Shown here in pieces: positions 1 to 7,503 of a stretch of 32,000 nt of DNA. The stretch comes from Mucisphaera calidilacus (lineage in GTDB: Bacteria; Planctomycetota; Phycisphaerae; Phycisphaerales; Phycisphaeraceae), in contig NZ_CP036280.1 of the NCBI RefSeq assembly GCF_007748075.1, positions 690,001-722,000 on the forward strand, written 5' to 3'. A program made the position numbers and the translations under genes. Positions within the stretch are counted from its first letter, which is position 1. Each line of letters starts with the position of its first letter. Below the pieces are notes generated by a model that did not search any database, was not told where the DNA came from, and was given only the letters and a program-made list of their open reading frames with translations.

Positions 1-17
1 TCCGGGTCCGGGGTGGA

Positions 18-1076
18 TCACGACGCGTCTCTCGCAGGGGGGCGGTGGTATTCGATGATCGGTGTGGCCTTCCCGCGCAGGCGATTGATCAGGTAGGTGA
101 GGATACCGAGAAACTCGGGGTATTTGCCGAGCATCACGTACCGCGCGTAGGCCCATTGCGGCCGTCGCTGTTCGTCACGGATGGCCCGTGCGATGCGGAC
201 GTAAACGAGTGCGTGGAGTCCGACCAGTGCCGCGGCCGCGAGCCACCAGGCGGGGTGAACAAGGGCGGCGAGGGCGAGGGATCCAAGCAGCAGCACGGGG
301 ATGAGCAGCGCCCAGAGGAGGATGCGGACCACGTCACGCAGGTGGAGGTACTCGGGCGGTCCGCCGTGCAGAGCGACGCTCTCGGCGTAGGCGTGACCGG
401 TTCGTCGCGTGCGTCGCCACCACTGTGCGAGTCGCGTCATGTTGGCGTCGTGGATGGTCATGGGTCTGGAGACGCGTCGGATCAGCCAGTCGTGAAAACG
501 GATGCGCAAGAACATCTCGGCTTCTTCGCCGGCGATCATGGCGGCGTTGAATCCGCCAGCCTGCTCGAACGCCTCGCGTCGGACCATGAAGTCGCCGCCG
601 ACGGCCCTGACGAGGCCGGGTGGCTGGTTCCACTCGATGTCGGCGAGCCGGTTGTAGACGGACGCCTCGGGGTGGCGTTCGCGTCGCAGGCCCGCGACCG
701 CCGCGAGTTTTGGCTCGTCGTCCAGGGTGGCGATGGCGGTCTCGATCCATCCCGACTCGACCTCGCAGTCGCCATCGACGAACTGAACGTACTGCAGTTC
801 GGGGTGCTGCTGCGTGAGATGGTCGAAGCCGGCGTTGCGGCCGCGTGCCATGGTGAACGGGCGGGTGGTGTCGAGTTCGTGGACGTCGTAATCGAGCGAG
901 CGTGCGAAGGCGACGGAGTTATCGGTGGATCCTGAATCGACGTAGACCAGCCGGCTGATGCCCTGATTCTTGAGTGAGTTCAGGCATCGTTCGAGGCGCA
1001 GGCCCTCGTTGCGTCCGATGACGACGACACCAACGTGCGTGCGTGGCGTTGGGTTGGGCGATGGCGTCGTGCTCAT
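18..1076 (-). CDS. Glycosyltransferase family 2 protein with C-terminal membrane helices
   Basis: 352-aa ORF with high GC3. The N-terminus looks like a GT-A fold (VGVVVIGRNEG, VDSGSTD, FVDGDCE DxD-like motif). The C-terminus is hydrophobic (LLWALLIPVLLLGSLALAALV, WWLAAAALVGLHALVYV). It lies 7 nt downstream of the co-directional gene 1084..2409. Confidence 0.75.
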   Translation of the reverse strand: MSTTPSPNPTPRTHVGVVVIGRNEGLRLERCLNSLKNQGISRLVYVDSGSTDNSVAFARSLDYDVHELDTTRPFTMARGRNAGFDHLTQQHPELQYVQFVDGDCEVESGWIETAIATLDDEPKLAAVAGLRRERHPEASVYNRLADIEWNQPPGLVRAVGGDFMVRREAFEQAGGFNAAMIAGEEAEMFLRIRFHDWLIRRVSRPMTIHDANMTRLAQWWRRTRRTGHAYAESVALHGGPPEYLHLRDVVRILLWALLIPVLLLGSLALAALVHPAWWLAAAALVGLHALVYVRIARAIRDEQRRPQWAYARYVMLGKYPEFLGILTYLINRLRGKATPIIEYHRPPARDAS

Positions 1077-1083
1077 GGTGTGA

Positions 1084-2409
1084 TCAGGTCGTGCGGGTGG
1101 CGGGTCGGATGATGCCGGCGACGCCCGTGAGTGATCCGAGGATCAGCGTGTAGACGGGGTTGATCATGGCGTTGAGGATACAGTCGATCTGGAAGAGCAG
1201 GACGACCGTTGTCAGGCCGACAAAGGCCGGCACCCAGTCGTGATGCCAGGCCTCCGGCGGGATCTTTCTCAGGACGACGTAGCCCGGATAGCTGAAGGCA
1301 AGAGTGAACGCTCCGAGGCCAACCAAGCCGTTGACCCCGAAGATGATGATCCAGTAGCCGTCGGTGATGGTGATGTCCCGCCCCTGCTCGTTCTTGACGC
1401 GGTTGCGTCCCCAGCCGCCCCAGCCGAGCACGGGTCGGTTGAGCGCGTGCTCGCTGAGGCGGTCTTCATTGACAACGCGGGTGCGCAGGGACTCGACGCG
1501 GTGATCGTTGAAGAACGGCCGCACCATGCTGATGACGGTGTCCGCGGAGACGATCTGAGGCAGACGCAGCGCGTAGTAGGCGGTCGGTGTCGAGACCAGC
1601 AGGAGCATGAAGCCGATCCGCACGTAGCGATTCGGCACCAGTAGCGTGATCAGCCCGAGCGCGAGCAGCAGCCAGGCCCCGGTGGACTTGCACAGGATGG
1701 CGACGATCGCGAGCAGGCTCGCGAGCATGCTCATGGGAAAGCCCCAGAGCCCGCGTAGCGCACCGGTTCGCCAGAGCCAGATGGCGATCAGCGCGGTCAT
1801 GCACATCCAGAGACCGACCATCAGGCCGTGCTGCATGAAAACGGTTGGCCGCCAGCCGCCCATGCGAAACGACTGCGAGAAGGAGTGCTGGTGGAACCCG
1901 TAGATCATCGTGTGCAGCTGCGGGCTCATCCGGATCTCGTAGAGGCAGAGCGGCACGTAGAGCAGGCCGCCGATCACCAGCCCGCGGGCCAGTTCGCGGA
2001 TGCCATCGGCCGTGCTGAAGTAGGCACGCCCGACGAGGTAGGGCAGGCCCCAGGTCACCACCTGCCGCAGGGAGGCCGAGACGCCGTCGTAGGCTCCCAG
2101 ACCATTGGTGAGTGAGGAGAGGAACGGGCAGAGGCAAAACACCACGAAGGGCAGGTCGGCCCAGCGGGGTCGGAAGCGCAGCAGCGTGTTGGGGTCGAAG
2201 AGGGCGGCACCGAGAAGGATGCCGAGGCAGGTCGCGGACATCTTGGTGTAATCGGGCAGGCCCGGCAGGGTGAATCCGGTCATCGGGAGCATGAGCCAGC
2301 CGATGAGGATGGACCAGACCACGGCCTGCCTGGGTCGCAGGACCAGGAACATGGCCAGGACGACGGGCAGCCAGATAATCAGCACGAATTGGGCGAAGGC
2401 ATACGCCAC
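1084..2409 (-). CDS. O-antigen ligase / Wzy-like polysaccharide polymerase family membrane protein
   Basis: 441-aa ORF with about 10 or more hydrophobic helices. A periplasmic loop carries a motif typical of the O-antigen-ligase family (NRPVLGWGGWG). It is tightly linked to the GT2 gene. The family call rests on motif memory only. Confidence 0.6.
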   Translation of the reverse strand: MAYAFAQFVLIIWLPVVLAMFLVLRPRQAVVWSILIGWLMLPMTGFTLPGLPDYTKMSATCLGILLGAALFDPNTLLRFRPRWADLPFVVFCLCPFLSSLTNGLGAYDGVSASLRQVVTWGLPYLVGRAYFSTADGIRELARGLVIGGLLYVPLCLYEIRMSPQLHTMIYGFHQHSFSQSFRMGGWRPTVFMQHGLMVGLWMCMTALIAIWLWRTGALRGLWGFPMSMLASLLAIVAILCKSTGAWLLLALGLITLLVPNRYVRIGFMLLLVSTPTAYYALRLPQIVSADTVISMVRPFFNDHRVESLRTRVVNEDRLSEHALNRPVLGWGGWGRNRVKNEQGRDITITDGYWIIIFGVNGLVGLGAFTLAFSYPGYVVLRKIPPEAWHHDWVPAFVGLTTVVLLFQIDCILNAMINPVYTLILGSLTGVAGIIRPATRTT

Positions 2410-2464
2410 GGGAGCACTATCGACAGGCGGGGCGGTTGATCATGGACAGAATAGACACGTCCGC

Positions 2465-2492
2465 GTGACGCATCCGCTGAGTCCGATACAAT
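2465..2492 (+). promoter_or_regulatory. Candidate sigma70-type promoter for tRNA-Lys
   Basis: TACAAT sits at 2487..2492, exactly 10 nt upstream of the mature tRNA 5' end. A weak -35 (GTGACG, 2465..2470) precedes it with a 16-nt spacer. The same decamer CCGATACAAT with the same 10-nt offset occurs upstream of tRNA-Thr(UGU). Confidence 0.4.
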
Positions 2493-2502
2493 GAGGTGCT
2501 CC

Positions 2503-2575
2503 GACCGGATAGCTCAGTTGGTAGAGCATCGGCCTTTTAAGCCGCGGGTCCTGGGTTCGAGTCCCAGTCCGGTCA
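2503..2575 (+). tRNA. tRNA-Lys (anticodon UUU)
   Basis: Hand-folded cloverleaf. Acceptor GACCGGA/TCCGGTC, D-arm GCTCAGTTGGTAGAGC, anticodon loop CTTTTAA, T-arm CTGGG-TTCGAGT-CCCAG. It is 73 nt long and CCA is not encoded. Confidence 0.9.
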
Positions 2576-2620
2576 TTGGGTGGCGGCGCTGATTCTCCCA
2601 ACCCGCTGATCGAGGTTCCG

Positions 2621-3637
2621 ATGGAACTCAAGCTCCACGCCCTGTCCCTGCCGCTTCGACATCCGTTCCGGGTTGCCCACGGCGTCCGGGAGACGCAGGA
2701 GAACCTGATCGTCGAGCTGGTGGACGGTGATCACCGCGGATTCGGCGAGGCGGCGGCGATTCCCTACTACAACGTGACCCAGGACTCGATGTCGGCGAGC
2801 CTTGAGAAGGCACGTCACGCGATCGAGTCGGCGGCGTGGGACAGGCCTGAAGCTTTGTGGGAGCAGATCCATCCGCTGATGCGTGACGACCTGTTCGCGC
2901 TGGCGGCGTTGGACGAGGCGGCGCACGACCTGTGGGGGCAACGCGAGGGCAAGGCCGTCCACGCGTTGTGGGGACTCGACGTCTCGGCGATCCCGCTGTC
3001 GGACTACACAATCGGCATCGACACCATCCCGACGATGGTGGCCAAGATGCAGGAGTTCGCCGGCTGGCCGATCTACAAGATCAAGCTGGGGACCGATGAG
3101 GATCTCGCGATCGTGCGCGAGCTCCGCCAGCACACCGACGCGGTGTTCCGCATCGACGCGAACACGGCGTGGACGGCGGAGCAGACCATCGAGCTATCGG
3201 GCCCGCTCAAGGAACTGGGTGTCGAGTTTCTCGAGCAGCCGCTCAAGGCCGACGACTGGGCGGGGATGGAGCGTGTGAAGGCGGCGTGTGCGCTGCCGGT
3301 GATCGCGGACGAGAGCTGCATCATCGCGTCGGACGTGGAGCGTTGTGCCGGCGTGTTCGATGGCGTGAACGTCAAGCTGCTCAAGGCGGGGGGCATGACA
3401 CCCGCGAAGCGCATGCTCGAGCGTGCGCGCGAACTGGGCCTGAAGACGATGGTGGGGTGCATGACCGAGACCAGCGTCGGCATCGCGGCGATCGCGCAGC
3501 TCCTGCCGTTGCTGGATTACGTGGATATGGACGGGGCGCTGCTGCTGGGGCGCGATCCCGCGGAGGGCGTGACGATCGAGCGTGGTGTCGTGACGCTGCC
3601 CGATCGTCCGGGCAACGGCGTGATCTGGCACGGCTAG
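2621..3637 (+). CDS. Enolase-superfamily dipeptide epimerase (L-Ala-D/L-Glu epimerase-like)
   Basis: Catalytic and metal motifs appear in the expected order: KxK (YKIKLG), DANTAW, EQP, ADES, VKLLKAGG. The ORF-track start at 2576 is a TTG that abuts the tRNA. The ATG at 2621 (MELKLHAL) is the more plausible start. Confidence 0.8.
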   Translation: MELKLHALSLPLRHPFRVAHGVRETQENLIVELVDGDHRGFGEAAAIPYYNVTQDSMSASLEKARHAIESAAWDRPEALWEQIHPLMRDDLFALAALDEAAHDLWGQREGKAVHALWGLDVSAIPLSDYTIGIDTIPTMVAKMQEFAGWPIYKIKLGTDEDLAIVRELRQHTDAVFRIDANTAWTAEQTIELSGPLKELGVEFLEQPLKADDWAGMERVKAACALPVIADESCIIASDVERCAGVFDGVNVKLLKAGGMTPAKRMLERARELGLKTMVGCMTETSVGIAAIAQLLPLLDYVDMDGALLLGRDPAEGVTIERGVVTLPDRPGNGVIWHG

Positions 3638-3641
3638 CAAG

Positions 3642-3676
3642 AAAAAACCCACGGCGTGAACCGTGGGTTTCCGTGG
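3642..3676. terminator. Bidirectional intrinsic terminator between convergent genes
   Basis: A6 (3642..3647), CCCACGG (3648..3654), 6-nt loop, CCGTGGG (3661..3667), TTT, then a second CCGTGG arm (3671..3676). Read on the minus strand the hairpin is followed by T6. It lies between the stop at 3637 and the stop at 3697. Confidence 0.75.
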
Positions 3677-3696
3677 CAGCGTGGTGATGTCGGGGA

Positions 3697-4770
3697 TCAG
3701 CCGATGGCGACTTCCTTGCCGCCCTGCTCGGCGGACTGGTAGACGCCGTCGAGCATCTGCTGGACCATCAGGCCGTGTTCGGCGGGCGCGATCGTCGGGC
3801 CGTCGTTGATGCAGTGCTCGACGAACTGTCCGAGTTTGAGCGGGAAGTACTCGGGGTAGCTGGTGTCCCGGATCCAGCCGGGCTTGATGTTGAGCATGTG
3901 GCCGTGCTCGTCGGTGCGAACGGTGGCGTCTTCCCAGGTGGCCCCGCCCTTGGTTCCGTAGAGTTCGAAGTCCATCTTGTCCTCGAGGTGACCCGCGAAG
4001 GAGGCCTCGATGTGGATGACGGCGCCGTTCTCGAAGCGGATGGTGCCGACGGCGATGTCCTCGACGGTGTAGGTCTCGTGGTCCCAGCCGGCCCAGGGGG
4101 TGTGGATCTCGGTGGAGGGCTGGTCGCCGATGTAGGTTCGTGTCAGGCCGGTCGCGGCGACGGGCCTGGGCGATCCCATGACGTAGTGGCACTGCTCGAG
4201 CATGTGGACGCCGATGTCGATCATCGGCCCGCCGCCCTGGAGGTCCTTGCGGCCGAAGACGCCCCAGTTGGGGATGCCGCGGCGGCGCAGGGCCTGGACG
4301 CGTCCGTAGAAGATGTCGCCGAAGACACCGTCGTCGGCCATCCGCTTGAGGTACTGGGTGCGGGAGTCGAAGCGGAACTGGAATCCGATGACGAGCTTCT
4401 TGCCGGCGGCGTTGGCGGCGTCGATCATCTGCCGGGCCTCGGCGGCGTTCATCGCCATCGGCTTCTCGACGATGACGTGGGCACCGGCCTTGCTGGCCGC
4501 GATCGAGTTCGGAGCGTGCAGGCCGTTGGGGGTGCAGATGCTCACGGCGTCCGGCTGGATTTTCTCGAGCATCTCCTCGTAGTCGGTGAAGCAGCCCGAC
4601 GAGGGGATGTCGAATTCCTTGGCGCGCTTCACGATCGTGTTCTCGTTGATGTCGGCGAGGCCCACGATCTCGACGGCGTCGATCTTCTTGAGGGCCGTGA
4701 GGTGGTTGCCCGCGATACCTCCGGCACCGATGAGTGCGACGCGGAGATTCTTGTCATTGGAAGCGGTCAT
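3697..4770 (-). CDS. Gfo/Idh/MocA family NAD(P)-dependent oxidoreductase
   Basis: N-terminal Rossmann motif LRVALIGAGGIAGNHL and a family-typical EKPMA motif. The ORF runs to 4896, but the ATG at 4770 (MTASNDKNLRVALIG) places the Rossmann fold at the N-terminus and has a GGAG-like sequence upstream. Confidence 0.8.
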   Translation of the reverse strand: MTASNDKNLRVALIGAGGIAGNHLTALKKIDAVEIVGLADINENTIVKRAKEFDIPSSGCFTDYEEMLEKIQPDAVSICTPNGLHAPNSIAASKAGAHVIVEKPMAMNAAEARQMIDAANAAGKKLVIGFQFRFDSRTQYLKRMADDGVFGDIFYGRVQALRRRGIPNWGVFGRKDLQGGGPMIDIGVHMLEQCHYVMGSPRPVAATGLTRTYIGDQPSTEIHTPWAGWDHETYTVEDIAVGTIRFENGAVIHIEASFAGHLEDKMDFELYGTKGGATWEDATVRTDEHGHMLNIKPGWIRDTSYPEYFPLKLGQFVEHCINDGPTIAPAEHGLMVQQMLDGVYQSAEQGGKEVAIG

Positions 4771-4874
4771 GGTGGTGTGCTCCTGGATGCCCGATAGGGC
4801 AGAAGGTGGGTCGCGGAGTATCGTGTGGACTGCGTCGGTCTGCAAATCGGAGCCGGAAGTATCACAATAGGCAA

Positions 4875-5804
4875 ATGGCTGAACGGAGCGTTCCATCTAC
4901 CGGGGAGATCTGGCTGGTCATCCAGCCTTGGCTGGTCTCGGTCGCGGTGCACGCTCTGCTGGCGGTTTCGCTGGTGTTTCTGATCCAGATCGGCCCGGCG
5001 GGGGTGGCGGGGGTCGAGGTTGTTGAGCCGGAGGAGGCTCCCGTGGTGACACTCTCTGCGGCTCCCGCGCCGCTGGACGCACCGCCCGTGGCGATGGATC
5101 TGGCTCAGGATCTGGGGTTGGCCCCGGCCGACGGTATGGCCCTGGCGCTGGTGCCCGGACCGGTTCCGGGGTCGGTGACGGCCCCGGGGTTGTCGGCGGG
5201 GGCGGTTTCTTCGCCGACGCTCGATTCAGCAGCGTTGCTGGCGACGGTGGACCCGGGGGCGGCCTCGTTTTTCGGGATCGCGGCGCGGTCGAGCCGGGTG
5301 GCCTACGTGGTGGATGCCTCCGGGTCGTCGGCGGCGGACCTGCCCCAGATCCTCGGCGAGCTGCGGAATGCCGTGGCCGGCCTGGACGCCAGCCAGCGAT
5401 TTACCGTGCTGATCTTCTCTCGTGGCGGCGTCGTCGAGGCTCCGCCCGACGGCCTGAAGCCGGCTGATCCGGGGACGATCTCAAGCGTGCGGGCCTGGCT
5501 GAGGATCGATGGCGGCGTGGTTCGACCGGGAGGGCGTTCCGACCCGATCCCGGCCTTCGAGCGGGCCCTGTCGCTGGAGGTCGAGGAGATTCTTTTTCTG
5601 TCGGACGGGCTGAGCGGTTCGATCGGTTCGGACCAGATTCTCGAGCGTGTGGCTGCGGCCAATCGGGGGCGTGCGACGATCCACACCATCCACCTGCGTC
5701 CTGATGCCGACGAAGAGGGGCCGGATTCGATCATGGCCCGTATCGCGGCGGCGCACGGCGGGACCTATCGCGTGGTCAAGCCACCACCCGAGCCGCTGTT
5801 CTAG
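4875..5804 (+). CDS. Membrane-anchored von Willebrand factor A (vWA) domain protein with TonB/TolA-like N-terminal anchor
   Basis: 309 aa counted from the ATG at 4875. The ORF-track start at 4734 would overlap the divergent gene. Single N-terminal helix QPWLVSVAVHALLAVSLVFLI containing S22-x3-H26, then a Pro/Ala/Val-rich linker of about 100 aa. The C-terminal domain carries a MIDAS motif DASGS (D147-x-S-x-S), then FTVLIFS, GGRSD and LFLSDG as in vWA domains. Confidence 0.7.
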   Translation: MAERSVPSTGEIWLVIQPWLVSVAVHALLAVSLVFLIQIGPAGVAGVEVVEPEEAPVVTLSAAPAPLDAPPVAMDLAQDLGLAPADGMALALVPGPVPGSVTAPGLSAGAVSSPTLDSAALLATVDPGAASFFGIAARSSRVAYVVDASGSSAADLPQILGELRNAVAGLDASQRFTVLIFSRGGVVEAPPDGLKPADPGTISSVRAWLRIDGGVVRPGGRSDPIPAFERALSLEVEEILFLSDGLSGSIGSDQILERVAAANRGRATIHTIHLRPDADEEGPDSIMARIAAAHGGTYRVVKPPPEPLF

Positions 5805-5848
5805 CTCGTTACCATCTGATCGATGGCCTGAAACGGAGAGACCGTTCC

Positions 5849-6550
5849 ATGAATGATGTTGTTCAACTTGTGCTCGCTCAGGACCCGGGCGACGTGCCGG
5901 GTGGCGTGATGATGTTCTTTCAGGCCGGCGACAGCTTCGGTCAGGTGATCCTGATCATCCTGTGGCTGATGTCCTTCGTGGGTGTGGCGGCGGCGGTGTG
6001 GTCGTGGACGCGGGCGCGCGGCGAACTCGCTCTGCCGAAGAATCTCGAGCGTGGCCTGCTGGAACCGGCTCGTCGTGGCGATCTACGCGAGGTGCGGTCG
6101 GCGGCGCAGAGCCTGCGGGGTGTCTTCGGCCGGCTGCTGCGTGCGGTAACCGGTTCGCCGGTGGGCGAGGCGGCGCGTCACGCGGCGGACGAGGCGGCGG
6201 GCATCGAGTGGCAGAAGCTGACGCGGCCGGTCGAGGCGATCGCCCTCATGGGCCAGGTGGCCCCGATGGTCGGGCTGTTCGGCACGGTCTACGGCATGAT
6301 CCGGGCCTTTGTGGCGCTGGTGGAGTCGGGCCCGGCGGGTGGTGGCGACCTCAAGCTGGCCGCGGGCATCTCGACCGCGCTGGTCACGACGTTCTGGGGC
6401 CTGGTGGTGGCGATTCCCGCATCGATCATCGCGCAGGTGCTGCTGAGTTCGATCGAGCAGCGGTTGAGTGAGGCGTTGTCGGTCGCTCAGCGGATCGCGG
6501 GGATGATGCAGGGCGGCGATCCGGACGCCGATGCCGACGGACAAGGATGA
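5849..6550 (+). CDS. MotA/TolQ/ExbB family proton-channel protein
   Basis: 233 aa with three predicted TM helices. Family signature GQVAPMVGLFGTVYGMIRAF is present. A GGAG sits about 10 nt upstream of the ATG. Confidence 0.85.
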   Translation: MNDVVQLVLAQDPGDVPGGVMMFFQAGDSFGQVILIILWLMSFVGVAAAVWSWTRARGELALPKNLERGLLEPARRGDLREVRSAAQSLRGVFGRLLRAVTGSPVGEAARHAADEAAGIEWQKLTRPVEAIALMGQVAPMVGLFGTVYGMIRAFVALVESGPAGGGDLKLAAGISTALVTTFWGLVVAIPASIIAQVLLSSIEQRLSEALSVAQRIAGMMQGGDPDADADGQG

Positions 6551-6556
6551 TCGCTG

Positions 6557-7030
6557 ATGGGCGTGCGCTCTCGACACTTCGACCGCAAGCCGCTGACGCT
6601 CCCGTTGACGCCTCTGGTCGACGTGGTGTTCCTACTGATCGTCTTCCTGATGCTGGTGGGTACGCGATTCGAGACGGGTGCCGATGCGGCGCGTCTGCCC
6701 GAGCTGACCCTCCCCGGCGAACCGGCCTATCGGCCGCCCGAGCAGCTGGTGATCGACATCTATGCGGGTGAGGATCCGCTGGACGCGGAGCAGGCCTTGG
6801 TGCGTTATCTGACCGTGGAGGGGACGGCGGCGGAGGCGACAGCCGTTGCCGAATCGGTCGCCGCTGCGCTCGCGCGTTCGCCCGGCGTGCCGGTGCTGGT
6901 TCGAGCCGATGCCGACCTGCCGATCGCGACGGCCCGGCCGGTGCTCAAGGCCCTGCGGGAAGCAGGCGTGGATCGGATCCGGATCGCGGCGACGCGGCCC
7001 CGGCCCGAGATCGAGGGGGGTGACGGATGA
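6557..7030 (+). CDS. ExbD/TolR family protein (paralogue 1)
   Basis: 157 aa with a single N-terminal TM containing the conserved Asp (LTPLVDVVFLLIVFLML, D22) and a periplasmic C-domain. It starts 6 nt after the ExbB-like gene. Confidence 0.85.
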   Translation: MGVRSRHFDRKPLTLPLTPLVDVVFLLIVFLMLVGTRFETGADAARLPELTLPGEPAYRPPEQLVIDIYAGEDPLDAEQALVRYLTVEGTAAEATAVAESVAAALARSPGVPVLVRADADLPIATARPVLKALREAGVDRIRIAATRPRPEIEGGDG

Positions 7031-7503
7031 AGCACCACCGCCAGTCACGCTTCGCCCGTCGCAGCAGTGTCGGCTCGCTGCCGGTGGCGCTGGTCGACGT
7101 CGTCTTCCTGCTGCTGATTTACTTTGTGGTGGCGTTGGACATCACGCCCGACCGTGCCGAACTCGACATGCCGTTGCCTTCGCCGGACCCGGCGGCGGCG
7201 ACGCCCGAGCGGCTACCTGTCCAGCCGATGCGCATCGAGGTGGTGGCGACGGCCGAGGGCTGGGGCGCTACCGTCCCGGGGCGGCTGGGCTACGCGACCG
7301 ATCTGGTGACGTTCAAGCTCGCGGTGGAGCGGCTGGTGTTTGATCCCGAGGCGCGCGGGCCGACGGGTTACGTGATGTCTGAGGACCCGGTGCTGCTGAG
7401 CATGAGTGACGGCCTGCCCTGGGACCTCGCGGTGAACCTCGCCGACGCGGCACGACAGGCGGGGCTGCGGGCCGTGGCTCTCGACCCGGAGGTGCTGCCT
7501 TGA
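7027..7503 (+). CDS. ExbD/TolR family protein (paralogue 2)
   Basis: 158 aa with TM LPVALVDVVFLLLIYFVV and conserved Asp (D24). Its start overlaps the previous stop by 4 nt (ATGA). Confidence 0.8.
   Translation: MKHHRQSRFARRSSVGSLPVALVDVVFLLLIYFVVALDITPDRAELDMPLPSPDPAAATPERLPVQPMRIEVVATAEGWGATVPGRLGYATDLVTFKLAVERLVFDPEARGPTGYVMSEDPVLLSMSDGLPWDLAVNLADAARQAGLRAVALDPEVLP

Noticed and set aside
2503-2575. tRNA genes as integration sites for a genomic island (tRNA-Lys, tRNA-Thr x2)
   Set aside because: No integrase, recombinase, phage or plasmid gene lies near any of the three tRNAs. I found no direct repeat of a tRNA 3' end. The flanking genes are housekeeping genes with the same base composition.
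2576-2620. N-terminal extensions implied by the longest-ORF starts at 2576, 4896, 4734, 9862, 11480, 28133 and 28287
   Set aside because: The extensions overlap neighbouring genes or a tRNA, and they are Arg-rich or otherwise atypical. In each case an internal ATG with better context places the conserved N-terminal motif or signal peptide correctly.
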